A stretch of 64,000 bases of DNA from Octopus sinensis (Eukaryota), in assembly GCF_006345805.1 (NCBI RefSeq), contig NC_042997.1:153698001-153762000 (forward strand), written 5' to 3'. A program made the translations under genes and the position numbers. Below the pieces are notes generated by a model. That model ran no database searches, had not been told where the DNA came from, and was given only the letters and a program-made list of their open reading frames with translations. This document shows, in pieces, positions 51,561-64,000 of this stretch. Positions within the stretch are counted from its first letter, which is position 1. The number at the start of each line of letters is the position of its first letter.

Positions 51561-52189
51561 TTTTTTTTTTTTACCCCATATTTTATAAAGATATATAAAT
51601 TTAATGCATCAGAATAAAAATAAAAACATTTATAAAACCTGCAGTTTTCATGGGACCCGTAGCTGACTGTAATACAAAGGCAGTATGCCGGCAGAAACGG
51701 TTAAAGCCTCTCTCTCTCTCTCTGGGTGCGAATTTCACATGAGACAATTATGTTATGAATCTCTTGGTTCATAAAATAAATACCAGAATCGAATAAATCT
51801 TGTACAAAACCTATTATTAGATATGTAAACACATAATGACCCAGCAAGAACAAAATTATAAAGAGACTGTATTATCTTTAGTAGGAATGCTGCAATTAAC
51901 TGGAATACTCAGAATATAGGCTACTGATCCTCTACCTTCACATGTTATAAGTCAATACTTAATTCTCTGTACATTCTATGTTCAAATTCAGATGCCTTTC
52001 ATTCTCTAGAGTTCGATGTGATCACTTTCAGATGAAGCTTTCCTTTTTTCTATAACAATAACTAACTGACCTACCCTTGCTTGTCAATTCTTAAGCTACT
52101 GTATTTCCTGAGAGTTAGTCCCTCTTATAGGTTCTTGTCGTTCCTCCATTACTTTGACGACCTAATCTTCAGGAAACTCGAATGCTTGG

Positions 52190-52273
52190 TCAATGTCAAA
52201 CTCTTCCCCAGAATCCTGCGACCAAGCTGCTTTGCCCAAACGGTTTGGAGGTCTAGGTCAGCACAAGCTGCTC

Positions 52274-52308
<35 letters not shown>

Positions 52309-53290
52309 CTGTTTTCATTCCTGCATGCATACTTGCTCTCCTTTGGTAGGCAACATCCTCTCCTCTCCAACATGGACTAATTCCAAGAGGGAGATGGATG
52401 AAACTATATCACAACGGAGAGAGCTGGGTTTGTCAGTTCCTGTTACAGTTGAAGATAGTCAAAAACAGAGAGTATGGGATAACCTGCATTCAGGTGCCAC
52501 TTTCAACACTCTCCTTGATCAATCTGATCAATTTTCAAGGTGTCGCCCACTTTCAGCCATTGCAAAATTCTCGGGGGACTGGATTGATGCTCTGCCTGTA
52601 GCCAATATTTGAGGTCTACTCAGTCTAAATGAACTCCGCATCTCCATCGCACTCAGAGTGGGAACTGAGATGCCGCTGTGGTAGGCCCCTCAACCTTACA
52701 GGTCTTCATAGTCTGTCTTGCTGCCTAAATACTGGTCGCTTCGCTCGTCACACCGAGCTTAACATAATCATTAAGCGGGTCCTAGCTCGGATTAATATCC
52801 CCTCAGTTCTGAAGCCGTCGGGGTTATCCACAAGTGATGGAAAGAGACCAGATGGTCTTACCCTCTGTTCCTGAGTGTAGATGTCTCATTTGGGACGCCA
52901 CAGTCTGCGACTCTTTTGCTCCCTCCCACATCCTCGATGCTGCAGTAAATGGGAGGGTCACTTCTTCCGTAGCCGAACGGGAAAAAACCTGAAGTATGGG
53001 TTTCCTGAGAGTGAACTATCTCTTCCAGCCTGTGGCATTTGAGATGTTCAGAGGGATTGGGCCACTAACCGCGAAGTTCTTGTCAACGTTGGCAGTTCGC
53101 CTCACCGAGTTGTCAGGTGATGCCCGTGAGGGTGCTTGGTTTTCTCAACGCCTTAGCCTCGCTATCGCTCGTGGTAATGCTGCGAGCGTGCTGGCTTGCT
53201 GGCTTGCTGGCTTGCTTCAGTAGGTTCCGTTAAACCTTGAGGTGTACGACCAGTTGAAGCGCTTGGTGCTGCATTGTTTTTTTTTTTGGT
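52190..53290 (+). mobile_element. CRE-clade-like non-LTR retrotransposon, 3' fragment (RLE domain)
   Basis: QAALPKRFGGLG, GRFARHTELN, DGKRPDGLTL, FQPVAFE, FSQRLSLAIARGNAASVL; broken by stops and a (CT)n tract. Confidence 0.78.
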
Positions 53291-54604
53291 TTTTGGTTTT
53301 CTTTAGATAAATATATTCAACAGAAATGGTACACTAATAAGCTGGAGCTGCAGAATAAGTTTTGCTTGGCTATATTTTATTTTCAGAGTTAAAATAGTTA
53401 ACAATTCAAATTTTGACACAGGGCCAGCACTTCCGGAGAGGGGATAAGTCAATTTCATCGACTCCAGTGTTTGACTGGTACTTACTTTATTGAACTCGGA
53501 AGGATGAAAAGCAAAGTCGACCTCGGTGGAATTTGAACTCAGAACGTTACAGACAGACGAAATGCCGCTAAGCACTTTGCCCGGTGTGCTAACTATTCAG
53601 CCAGCTCGCCGCCCAAAATGCATTTGATATCCATCTGTTGTACCAAGTGTCTAGAAGGTCGTGAGTTCATTAAAAGAATACATCATATTCAACAAGTGAG
53701 CCTGCCCCAAAGTAGGAAATAAACGGTGTTGAGGTACAACGTTTCGTCCTTTTTGTCTTGTAGGCATTATAGTGTGGTTTAAGGAAGATCTGGCAGGACT
53801 TCAAGCAAGTCGGGAGACCACGTAAAGGTCTCGTGTGGTCTGATCTCAATGGCAATGGAGATCAACAGACATGATATGTTTACAATGGAGGTTTTCGACT
53901 GGATAAAATTACATAACTTTACATGCTCGTAACATCTTTATTATCAATTTCTAGAAAAGAAAAAAATTAAAGCGATTTTTGTCATCAGTTTACCAGGCCA
54001 CATTTTATGAAAAATAATTTGGTGAAAATTTGAAAAACTTCAAGAGGTTGGAAAAAATTTAACAAGATCCAGATCCCGGGCTCCCACGCAGTTTCCAATC
54101 TCCCAAATTAATTCATTACGCATTAGTCGGTCCGGAGTTCCAGGTACTACGTATTGGGACTAAACCCGAAGCCACGTGGTGTCAAGGCGAGCTTCTTAAC
54201 CACAGCCATGTGGAGGGAAAATAGATATGTTATGTTATAAATGAACTTATATCAACATTTCTTATTGTTAAAAATGCAGGGATAACTACTTTAAAACTTT
54301 TTTTTTTAGTTTAGCATTCAATGTTTCGAAGAGAAAATATGCCAAATAAAAAGCTTGTTTGCTGTGTTGTATTTTGCTTGTTCGTAAGTCATTTTCAGAG
54401 TATCAATTTTTAACTAAACCTTTTGCTGTGTACTGTTTCAGATAGATCCCAGAACAGTGAAATTAATTTATCATTAATTATAAACTAAAATCTCACTTAA
54501 AATTTAGGAATTTAACATTATTCCTACGGTCAATCTTTTTTTTTTTTTTCGTAATAGCGGCTTTGAATTGTTAACTATTTTAACTCCACTTTACGAAATC
54601 CAAA

Positions 54605-57600
54605 ATGGCGTCGTCTTCAGTTAAAATCGGCAAGAAGGAACCAGAAATTGTAGTGTTTAAAGATCCCTGTAAACAAAAAAAAGTAAGATACTTTTTGAAA
54701 TAACAATTTGATAAATTTTTCACGTTTTCCTATAGGGATTAAACATACATTATGTTCTATATATATATTTCATGATTCGAGTATGTTTAAGGGGTAGGGT
54801 GGGGCAAAATGAGGTCGTTTGGCTGCATTTTTTACTTTGAGACAAAATATATCTTTTACAAATGTTCACTACCTTACAAAAACTATATCAACTAAGCAAT
54901 TGGTCTTCCCTAAATGCATTAAAAGCTTATAACATAATCTGATCACTATTTCAAAAAGTTACCGCCGTTCTCTTTGAGCATATGAAAAACAAATTTTGCT
55001 GGGGCAAAATGAGTAAGACAAGATAATGTAAATTTGCTATTTTAATTCTCCAGAAAACAGACTCAAACACATCAGTATTCATCCCTATACATCTGATATT
55101 GATCAGAGATGCAAGAAAAAAAATTAAATATCTAGATCAAATGAAAGAGGAACAGGGATGAGTAGCACATGATGTGAAATTAAAGAAACTCGACTAAATT
55201 TTAAAAGATCCACATCAAATATTCTCTGTTGCTTCTTCTCAATCTGCTGGCGTGTCCCCTTTGTAATATATTTACTCACCATGCGATTAAAGAGAAGAAA
55301 TTATTGAAATTACTCATTTTACCCCGTTTTAAACATTAAACTTGAAAATGATCAAACTAAACATTAGTGCTGGTAAAAATTGACTTGGAATCTAACAGAG
55401 GAAAGAATATTGATTGCTAAGCAACTCTCTAGTGGATGTCCCTTAACTAGTGAACTGCTTATGTATTAAGTGTAATGTTACATAATGAAAAATAATTTTA
55501 ACACCTGCCATTAAATAATTTTAACATGGGTAAGACAAAGTTTCTTGAGGCTGATTTTCTATGGTCAGCTATGTTTTCTACAGGATTTTGGAAATGAGAT
55601 AGCCTTTTTTCAGTTTCTGTCTACCAAATCCACTCATAAGCATTTGGTTAACACAGTGCTATAGTAGAAGACACGTGCCCATGGTGCCATGCAGTAGGAC
55701 TGAGGCTGAAGCCATGTGGTTGAAAAGCAAACTGCTTAATCACACAGCTACTCTTTTACCTGAACATGAACATTAAATATTGGGTATAGACAAAAGCTTA
55801 AAAGAAATGAGGCTTGTATGCTCTGTAGACATGTAATGTTAGTGTGTATGAATGAAGGAGTATAACTGAGGTGAGAGGAAAAATTGGTGTAAGAGGAATT
55901 GAGTGTAGTGTGCTAAAGGGAAGACTGAGTAGGATGACCGTGTGATGCATATGATGGATGACATTTGGGTGAAGAAGGGCCAAATGACCCAAGTAGAAAG
56001 AACCTGTTGAAAAGGAAAATCAAAGATATGGAAAACAGTGCTAAAGACTGATATCTTGAAAGAGATTAGGCCTGACTCAAGCAAGAAAATAAACAGTGCT
56101 GTGGCACAATGTTTCATACCTTAATGCACATATTTCCCCCCAGCACAAGCTAGTAAGAGCTGTAGATCAAAATATGAAGTGCAATATCATATTTTATCTA
56201 ACAACTTTTTGTTACCCAATGTTTCAGTCTTCATTCACCTACACCTAGTTTACCTTCCTTGCTGTATCAATTTCTTTTTTAGTTCTTAGTGTATTGCATA
56301 TTAGGATATTACAACAGAAGATATCACATATGTTGTTTATTGTGAATGTCAGTATTATATTTATTTTCATAAAAGATCACAATAAGTGAGGAGATCAAAT
56401 GCTAGAAAAGATTTGTCTAACCAATGCAGGTATGGAAAAATTAACATAAAATGGTGATAGTGATGATTAGCTTTCATATGGTTTTTTTTGACCTCCTAGA
56501 AATATTGCTAAGATCACACCATTTAACTTTAAAATATAGGATACGTTGAATATTGTAGTCCTAGATGCACTGAATACAAGACAGGATAGTCATGGCTAGA
56601 ACTCTGCTGGATCAGGGCTGAACTGGTGCTAAACAACCACTCTGCTCTATCATTTAACACCCTGGCATGGGTTGGGTGGTTTGGCCAGAGTTGGCAAGCC
56701 AGAGATCCTCACCAGATTCCAATCTAAATTGGCTTGATTTCTACGACTGGATGCCCTTCCTAATGCCAACCACTTTACAATGTGTGCTGGGTGTTTTAAG
56801 CGTGGCACTGAATATGACATCAAATTTATATTTTTGTGGATCAAAGCTAGGGTGTTAGAAAGCCAGATAGAAAACATTGCAGAATTTGTTCCAACATTGA
56901 AGGTTGTGAGCTCATTAAAAGTTTACATTCGTACGTTAATACATATATTATTTCCCCCAGCATATGCTAGCAAGAGCTGTAGATCGAAATATGAAATGCA
57001 ATATATTTTATCTAAAATTTTGTAGAATATAGAGTACTTAAAATAACTAAACACTTACCCAACGTTTCAGTCTTCTGCTCACCTAGGTTACCTCCCTTCC
57101 TGTATCACAATTCCTCTTTCAGTTTGTAATGTATCATATATTAAGATATTACAACAGGATATCGCAAAATTGTTTATTGTAAATGTCACTGTTATATTAT
57201 TTTCATAAATACACATTAAAACAAGATTTTTTCAGTTTTTGTTTGCTAAATCCACACACAAGGCTGAATAGTTATGCTCACACACACACACGCGTTCAGT
57301 CCATACCAGCATGGAAATAATGATGATGAGCATGGAAGGTGGAATAGACTATCGTTATGAATATTTTTAACATTTTACAACAATGCTTCAAATATGCCAT
57401 GACAGTTAAGTTAAGTTTTGCAATAACAGATAACTCTGACATAGCCAGTATCTAGTCTTAATAACTTTTTTTAGACTATATTATAGAATTTTCAAAAATT
57501 CAAAGATAATCATATGTGCAGTGAAATTTCCAATATATATATGCATGTGTATGTATGTATGCGCGTGCACATACACGCAATGCCATTTCACTGTTTTTAT

Positions 57601-60600
57601 TTGTCAAAATGTGGTGTAATGACAAACACTTCTAAAATATATTGTTTTTCTTTATTTCCAGAATTTTCATAAGCAACATTCTAAAAAGAAAAATGAAAAA
57701 TCCACAGAGAAACAAAAACAGATAGAAGATTTTAGATATGGTAATTTAAAACGAGAAGTTTCCAAGTTAGCTCTGTCAGCTTATACAGGAAAAGAAAGAG
57801 AGCAGGCTATGGAATCTTATCTCATAAAACTTGGAGCACATGTAAGTCTTCTGTTTACTTCTTCATTGACTTCTTCATTATCATCATTAAAAGTCTACTT
57901 TTCCATGCTTGCATGGGTCAGATGGGGTATATTTGAAGCAAATTTCTGATGCCAAGCCTCTCCTATTTCCAAGTGAGGTAATATTAGTCCATTGCCAAAT
58001 ATATTTTTGATGAATATTGGAAATGAATGACATTGCTTGCATGGCAATGGCAACACACACACACACACATACGTATATATACATATAGTTATGATGATCT
58101 TCTTTTGGTTTCTGTCTACCAAATCCTCTCACAAGGCTTCTGTTGGCCCGGGGACTATAGTAGAAGGCCATGCAGTGGGACTGAACTCAGACCCATGTAC
58201 TTGGGAAGCAAACTTCTTTGTCTAAAATATGCATGAGGAATAGTAATGGACTGGATAGTCATGTCACACTGCTTGTACAGATTCCTGTGATCCTCTGTTG
58301 ACACCCATTTCTGTTGTTCATCATGTTCTGCAGGTCAGAGGGTTTGCAGTTTATGTTGTCACAAATCTGCTTGATATAGGTCTTGGTTTGCTGTTGCCTG
58401 CCAGCTCTTGTGTAGGCTCCTTCACACTGTCTACAGCAGGCATAAACAAGCTTCCTCTAGTGGTGGTTCTTTTGAGATATTGCTCACCACAAATTGGCCA
58501 CATTGCTAAAAGAATAATTTAACAAACATCTTATACAAGCAAGGTACACCATATATTATACTTAGAAAACTATGAAAATATTTTAAAAAATTTATATAGG
58601 TTTTGCACTGGCATGGGTGTTTGGTTAAAAGTAGGCACAGATGCGGTTGTGTGGTAAAGGAGTTCACTTCCCAACTGCATGATTTCAGGTTCAGTCCCAC
58701 TGTGTGGAAACTTGGGCTAGAGTCTTCTATTGCCCTAAACTTTGTAATTATATTTGGCAAACACAAACTGAAAGAAGTCCACTGTCTGTTTGTGTATGTA
58801 TGTGTGTGTATGTGTGTCTTCTCATCTTGATGATAGTTGTAAATGTGTGTCATCATCATATGTGCTGTGTCATTTATTTCCAATCTTCTGTGGAAACATG
58901 GCCAATATTGTGAAGGATGGCAAGAGAAAGGGCAGGCGACTGCAGAAAATCTGTTTCACTGAGAACTGTCGAATCATGCAAGCATAAAAAAGTGAGTATT
59001 AAGACAACAAAGATGATGATGATAATAGAAAAAAAGAAATTACTTGAAAATTTTAATATGTAACTCGATGATGCAAAACTTAGTTTCAGTTTTTGGAAAT
59101 ATTTGACATAGTCAACTAACAAATTGTTTTCAATATCATTTGTCTATAATTTTAGATGTTTTTGACTTAATGGCTTTCATTCAGAGAAAATCGTACTCAT
59201 ATTTGTAGGAACTATGGAACATAGTGACGTATCTACTAGCAAAGCATGTTTTTTGTGGGGTAGGATTCTTCAGGAAGAAGTATATAAAACTGTATTAAAG
59301 GATTCGTTTTGAAATGTTAGGCTCAAAAGTGGCTCTCTCTGAATTTCGGTTATTTCCCCTTGCACTTATTTTTTTTGTTTTACTTTTTGCAACAATATTA
59401 AATGGACTTGCAAAATACAGAAATCATTAAACCTAGATCACGGTTCTGTTTTAAGTCATTTTCACTCAGCAGCATGAATTACATATTCAGACTTCTTGTG
59501 GTTGGTTAATGTCACCAGTCCTGTGTTCATTTGTTTTACAGCCATTTTTCAATGCTAGCATGGGTTAGGTGAATATTTATTGATTTTCCTAAGCTAGATT
59601 TCAAAAGCTTTGGCATGATGATACAGTTCATAATTTACTAATTTTTATTTTACAATTTTATTTAAGAATTATTATTTGGGTTATAATATCCATGTGAAAT
59701 GCAAGATCGGTTTGGGAACAATTTTTTTTCATCTCCAAAAGGCTGCATATTTCTTCTTTGAGGCAATAAAAGTGTTAAAACATCTTCTCTTTACACAGCC
59801 AGTGATCTTCACAATAATGTACCAGATTCCCAAATTTATAATCAATTTGTGAAAAGTCATTAAATTGTTCATTAAATCATTAAATGATCAGCTGGTCTCA
59901 GTCCTTAACTTCGGAAACATGTTACTGTAATAATCATCTTCAAGAATATTAACTTCACTGCCATTGTTGATGTTGGCCTAATACTCAAACATCATTGTCA
60001 ACATCATCATCGTTTTAATGTCCACTTTTTCCATATTAGCATATTGTTTGATATTTCTGCTCAGCTTTCGTTAAATTTAATGCATTGTAGGGAAAAATTT
60101 ATATAAATATTTCACAGTTCTATATTTAAGATATGAGGAATTATGTACATTATTTACATTAGATGGATATTTGTCCTCATCTTGTTTGTTGTTAACACAA
60201 CGTTTCGGCTGATATACCCTCCAGCCTTCATCAGGTGTCTTGGGGAAATTTCAAACCTGGGTTCTCATTCCTTAGGTATTTTTCGACGTGGCGTAGTGGT
60301 TAAGAGCGTGGGCTACTAACCCCAAGATTCCGAGTTTGATCCCAGACAGTGACCTGAATAATATAATAATAATAATAATAATAACATCGAAAAATACCTT
60401 AGGAATGAGAACCAAGGTTCGAAATTTCCCCAAGACACCTGATGAAGGCTGGAGGGTATATCAGCCAAAACGTGTTAACAACAAACAAAATGAGGACAAA
60501 TATCCGTCAAATGTAAATAATGTACATAATTCCTCATCTCTTAAATATTTCAGTTTAACCCAATTTGTTGTTCTAAATTTTGCATGAGTTTCTTGTTGTA

Positions 60601-62402
60601 AACTTCCTTGTTTCTTTTAGATTAATTACTTAAAAGTATGATTCATTATGTGAAATATAATAACCAGTTGGATACCACAGCTGGCTAACAGGAAGAAACT
60701 TCGGAATGTTTTGAGGCACTTTCAGTAAAACTGGATGACTGCTCTCTTTTGTTACCAACCCTACTTGTTTCTAAATAAAATACTGTTTCCTTTGAGCTTT
60801 CATTTGATAAGCTATTGAATGGTCAAACATGTTTCTGTGACTGATGTAATTAATAAATAATACAACCTACACAGTGACATTGCTTTTGCACAACATGCAA
60901 ACAAGATCAAGACTATAGGAATACAGACTCACACACACATATCATCATCGTCGATTAACGTCCGTTTTCCATGCTAGCATGGGTTGGGCGGTTCAACCGG
61001 GGTCTGGGAAGCCAGGAGGCTGCACCAGGCTCCAGTCTGATCTGGCAGTGTTTCTACAGCTGGATGCTCTTCTTAACACCAACCACTCCATGAGTGTAGT
61101 GGGTGCTTTTTACGTGCCAGCGGCCACGATCGACATATATATGTGAGGGTACATGGCCTTGTGGTTTGGGTGTTGCACTCATGATTGTGAGATTGTGGTT
61201 TCAATTCCTGGATTGGGTGGTGTGTTGTATTCTTGAGCAAAACACTTCATCTCATGTTTCTCTACAATCACTTCAGCACCTGATGTATAGTACACCTTGT
61301 ACCTGTTCAGGCAACATTGATTTGATGGAGGGAGCGAGCACAAACGCTTGATCACTATAGACAACTCGTTTGTGCAAATATGTTTGGCAAGAATTTGCTA
61401 GAGCACTCACACTATTCAGTCTATTTGATGTCATCCACGGTTATGATATAATTGTTGCTGGATCTATAATTATAATGAATGAAGGAAATGAAGTATGGAG
61501 TTGGCAAGAATTTTTATTCAACACATCCTGCATTTGTCCCTTCCGGGTGGGATATTGCACAGCTAGTTGTGTTGCTTCCATATTTGCAGCTTGCATCTCA
61601 TCAGATGTCGCATTTTTAATAAGATACTTTGTTACATATACTGAGTTTCGCTTGGCATGTTGTAGTCCCTTGTAGGATATTGGCTATACTGACAGTGAAT
61701 AGAAAACATTTCTGGGTTATAATTGGTAAATGGATTTGGCTATAGATCACAGTGAATACATAACATAAAGTAATACAAGAATAAAACATGACAAAGGATC
61801 TCAATTAAAAAATAAAACGAAGAAGGATGGGTCTACACGTGTTAACACATATATAGATGTACACACACACACATCTTGCCCACTCATGTCATTGTTTATG
61901 ACTGTCTTTCAGTGACATCAGAATGCCAAAACCCGATAATTAGCACCCCAGAGGTCTCTTACTGACAATAATATTGTTTGCCTATTCCTATCTTGTATCT
62001 TTACTTGTTTCAGTCACTTGACAGTGGCCATGCTGGAGCACCACCTTGAAAGATTTTTAATCAAACAAACTGACCCCGGGAATTTTGTTTTGAAGCCCAG
62101 TACTTATTTTATCAGTTCTTTTGCTGAACTGCTCAGTTACAGGGTCGTAAACACACCTACACCAGTTGTTTAGTGGTGGTGGGGGACAAACACAAAGACA
62201 CATATATACATATATGTATATACATACATACACACACACACATACATACACGATGGGCTTCTTTTAGTTCCTGTATACTAAATCCACTCAAAGCTTTGGT
62301 CAGTCCAAGTCTATAGTTGAAGACACTTGCCCAAACACAATGACACACATATATACATACATACACATTATACACATACATATATATATATATACATAAA
62401 TA

Positions 62403-62436
<34 letters not shown>

Positions 62437-62924
62437 CACTCGTACATAATGGGCTTCTTTCAGTTCCTATATAATAAATCCACTCAAAGCTTTGGTCAGC
62501 CCAAGTCTATAGCTGAAGACACCTGCCCAAGGTGCCATGAAGTAGGATTGAACTCTGAACCATGTGGTTGGGAAACAAGCATCTTACCACACAGCCACTA
62601 TACAAAATAGATTAATAAATAATATGTTGCTTCTGCCTTGATGCTTGTTTAAATTTGGACATTCTTTCATATTTATTCAGAATAAGCATAAAATAAGGTT
62701 AAAAACAATTGATTTGATTCTTTAGGATGATTATATGCTTTGAATGACTAACTTTGTGAATTGCTTTTACTTTTTAAGCTTAACAAATTTCTGACTTTCT
62801 TTCCTATTCTGTTTTATGTTTGCAGCCTGTCAAGAAAAAAAAACCTGAAAATTATAAATTATTTCTTGAAAGAAAGAAAAATGAGAAAGATGAAGAAAAG
62901 ACTAAGAACACTGAAAAATTCCGA
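54605..62924 (+). CDS. C1orf131: C1orf131/FSAF1-like (DUF4602; 40S/SSU processome assembly factor), first 3 exons, 3' end outside window
   Basis: Exons 54605-54682 (MASSSVKIGKKEPEIVVFKDPCKQKK), 57662-57841 (...LKREVSKLALSAYTGKEREQAMESYLIKLGAH), 62826-62924 (PVKKKKPENYKLFLERKK...), all phase 0 with GT-AG sites. LGAxPxK..NYK resembles the remembered human ERAIMLGAKPPKKSYVNYK. Confidence 0.8.
54790..55325. mobile_element. Possible pogo/Tigger-like DNA transposon remnant in C1orf131 intron 1
   Basis: ggggcaaaatgag at ~54801 and ~55001, inverted ctcattttacccc at 55313-55325. Confidence 0.35.
60194..60239 (-). ncRNA. Minimal type-I hammerhead ribozyme motif
   Basis: GACAC-CUGAUGA-A-GGCUG(GAGGGUAUAU)CAGCC-GAAA-C-GUU^GUGUU. 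Stem I GACAC/GUGUU; stem III via the palindrome AACGUU. Confidence 0.7.
60288..60357 (+). other. tRNA-derived SINE-type head (Pol III A/B boxes), not a functional tRNA
   Basis: gtggcgtagtggttaagagcgtgggctactaaccccaagattccgagtttgatcccag. No matching acceptor stem; B box is degenerate (TTT for TTC). Confidence 0.7.
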
Positions 62925-64000
62925 GTGAGTATAAAATGTCTTCTTTTATTATTTAGACTGTGGCCAAGCTGGAATACTACATATAAAAATTTTAATCGAA
63001 TGAATTAACTCCTGTACTTATTTTGTTTTTTAAAGCCTGGTACATAATCTATTGGTCTCTTTTGCTGAACTCTTTAGTTACAGGGATGTAAACGCATTAA
63101 CACCTGTTGTCAAGTGACACTGGAAGACAAACACAGACACATACACCCTGTGCTTCTTTCAATATCCATCCACCAAATCATATCACAAGACTTTGGTTGG
63201 CCCAAAGTTACAGTAGAAGACACTTGCCCAAGGTGTCATACAGTGAGACTGAACCCAGAAACATGTGGTTAGAAAGCAAACTTCTTACCACACAGCCATA
63301 CCTGTGCCTGTCTTGATAAAGATTATAAACTTTTTGCTTGGAATCATCAGATGAATTTTTTATGTTAGGGTTCTCAACTATTTTTTGCCTATGGACCCCT
63401 TTGGTTTCTATTTTACTTAGGTGGACCCTCATAGCCATTTGATGTTTAAAAAATTATGATTACATTTTTGTAATTTGACATTATTGGGAATTGCATAAAA
63501 AAGTTGTTAAAATACATTTAGCAGGCGCAGGAGTGGCTGTGTGGTAAGTAGCTTGCTTACCAACCACATGGTTCCGGGTTCATTCCCACTGCGTGGCATC
63601 TTGGGCAAGTGTCTTCTACTATAGCCTTGGGCCGACCAAAGCCTTGAGAGTGGATTTGGTAGATGGAAACTGAAAGAAGCCCGTCGTATATATAATGTTT
63701 GTGTGTCTGTGTTTGTCCACCCCCACCCCCCCAGCATTGCTTGACAACTGATGCTGGTGTGTTTACAGCCCCGTAACTTAGCGGTTCGGCAAAAGAGACC
63801 AATAGAATAAGTACTAGACTTACAAAGAATAAGTCCTCGGGTTGATTTGCTCGATTAAATCATTTTATTGACCCTGAAAAGATTAAAGGCAAAATTGACC
63901 TCAGCTGCATTTGAACTCCAAGCTGGAAGAAATGCTGCTAACTAAACATTTTATCCGGCATGATAATGATTCTGCCAGCTCACTACATTATAATAGTACC

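Larger units (their letters stand above)
60122..60548. mobile_element. Inverted-repeat element (~165-bp arms) with hammerhead motif and central tRNA-like head; probably Penelope-like/retrozyme-type
   Basis: Arms 60122-60286 and 60387-60548 are reverse complements. The spacer has A-box tggcgtagtgg, B-box-like gagtttgatcc and (AAT)n. Confidence 0.7.

Noticed and set aside
53733-53770. Hammerhead-like relic (GACGAAACGUU on minus); similar half-motif at 4140-4170
   Set aside because: CUGANGA core absent or degenerate; at most decayed relics.
60288-60357. Functional tRNA gene
   Set aside because: No acceptor stem, degenerate T arm, followed by (AAT)n; a SINE-type head.

Overview
AT-rich, intron-rich animal DNA packed with microsatellites, SINEs and decayed transposons. 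The repeat content suggests an octopus/cephalopod (inference). Three spliced genes were rebuilt by hand from GT-AG sites with consistent reading phases: (1) an NmrA-like/NMRAL1 gene (+, 5 exons, 22137-32830, 331 aa); (2) NOP58 (-, 15 exons, 48637-32973, 499 aa), converging on it with only 142 bp between stop codons; (3) the first three exons of a C1orf131/FSAF1 (DUF4602)-like gene (+, from 54605), running off the window. NOP58 introns hold a SNORD70-like C/D snoRNA, a second four-box C/D candidate with no target I could assign, and an H/ACA candidate. The most unusual features are these. First, two separate inverted-repeat elements carry minimal type-I hammerhead ribozyme motifs; one encloses a tRNA-like Pol III head (60122-60548), the other lies at 49644-49788. 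Second, an inverted, frameshifted copy of NMRAL1 exons 2-4 (11657-19428) is fused directly to a Helitron Rep fragment, and a Helitron helicase/3' half sits in the source gene's intron 4. Also present: R4/Dong-, CRE-, HERO/NeSL- and RTE-like LINE fragments, two mariners, a hAT remnant and near-perfect hairpins. All homology calls come from motif recognition, not database searches.
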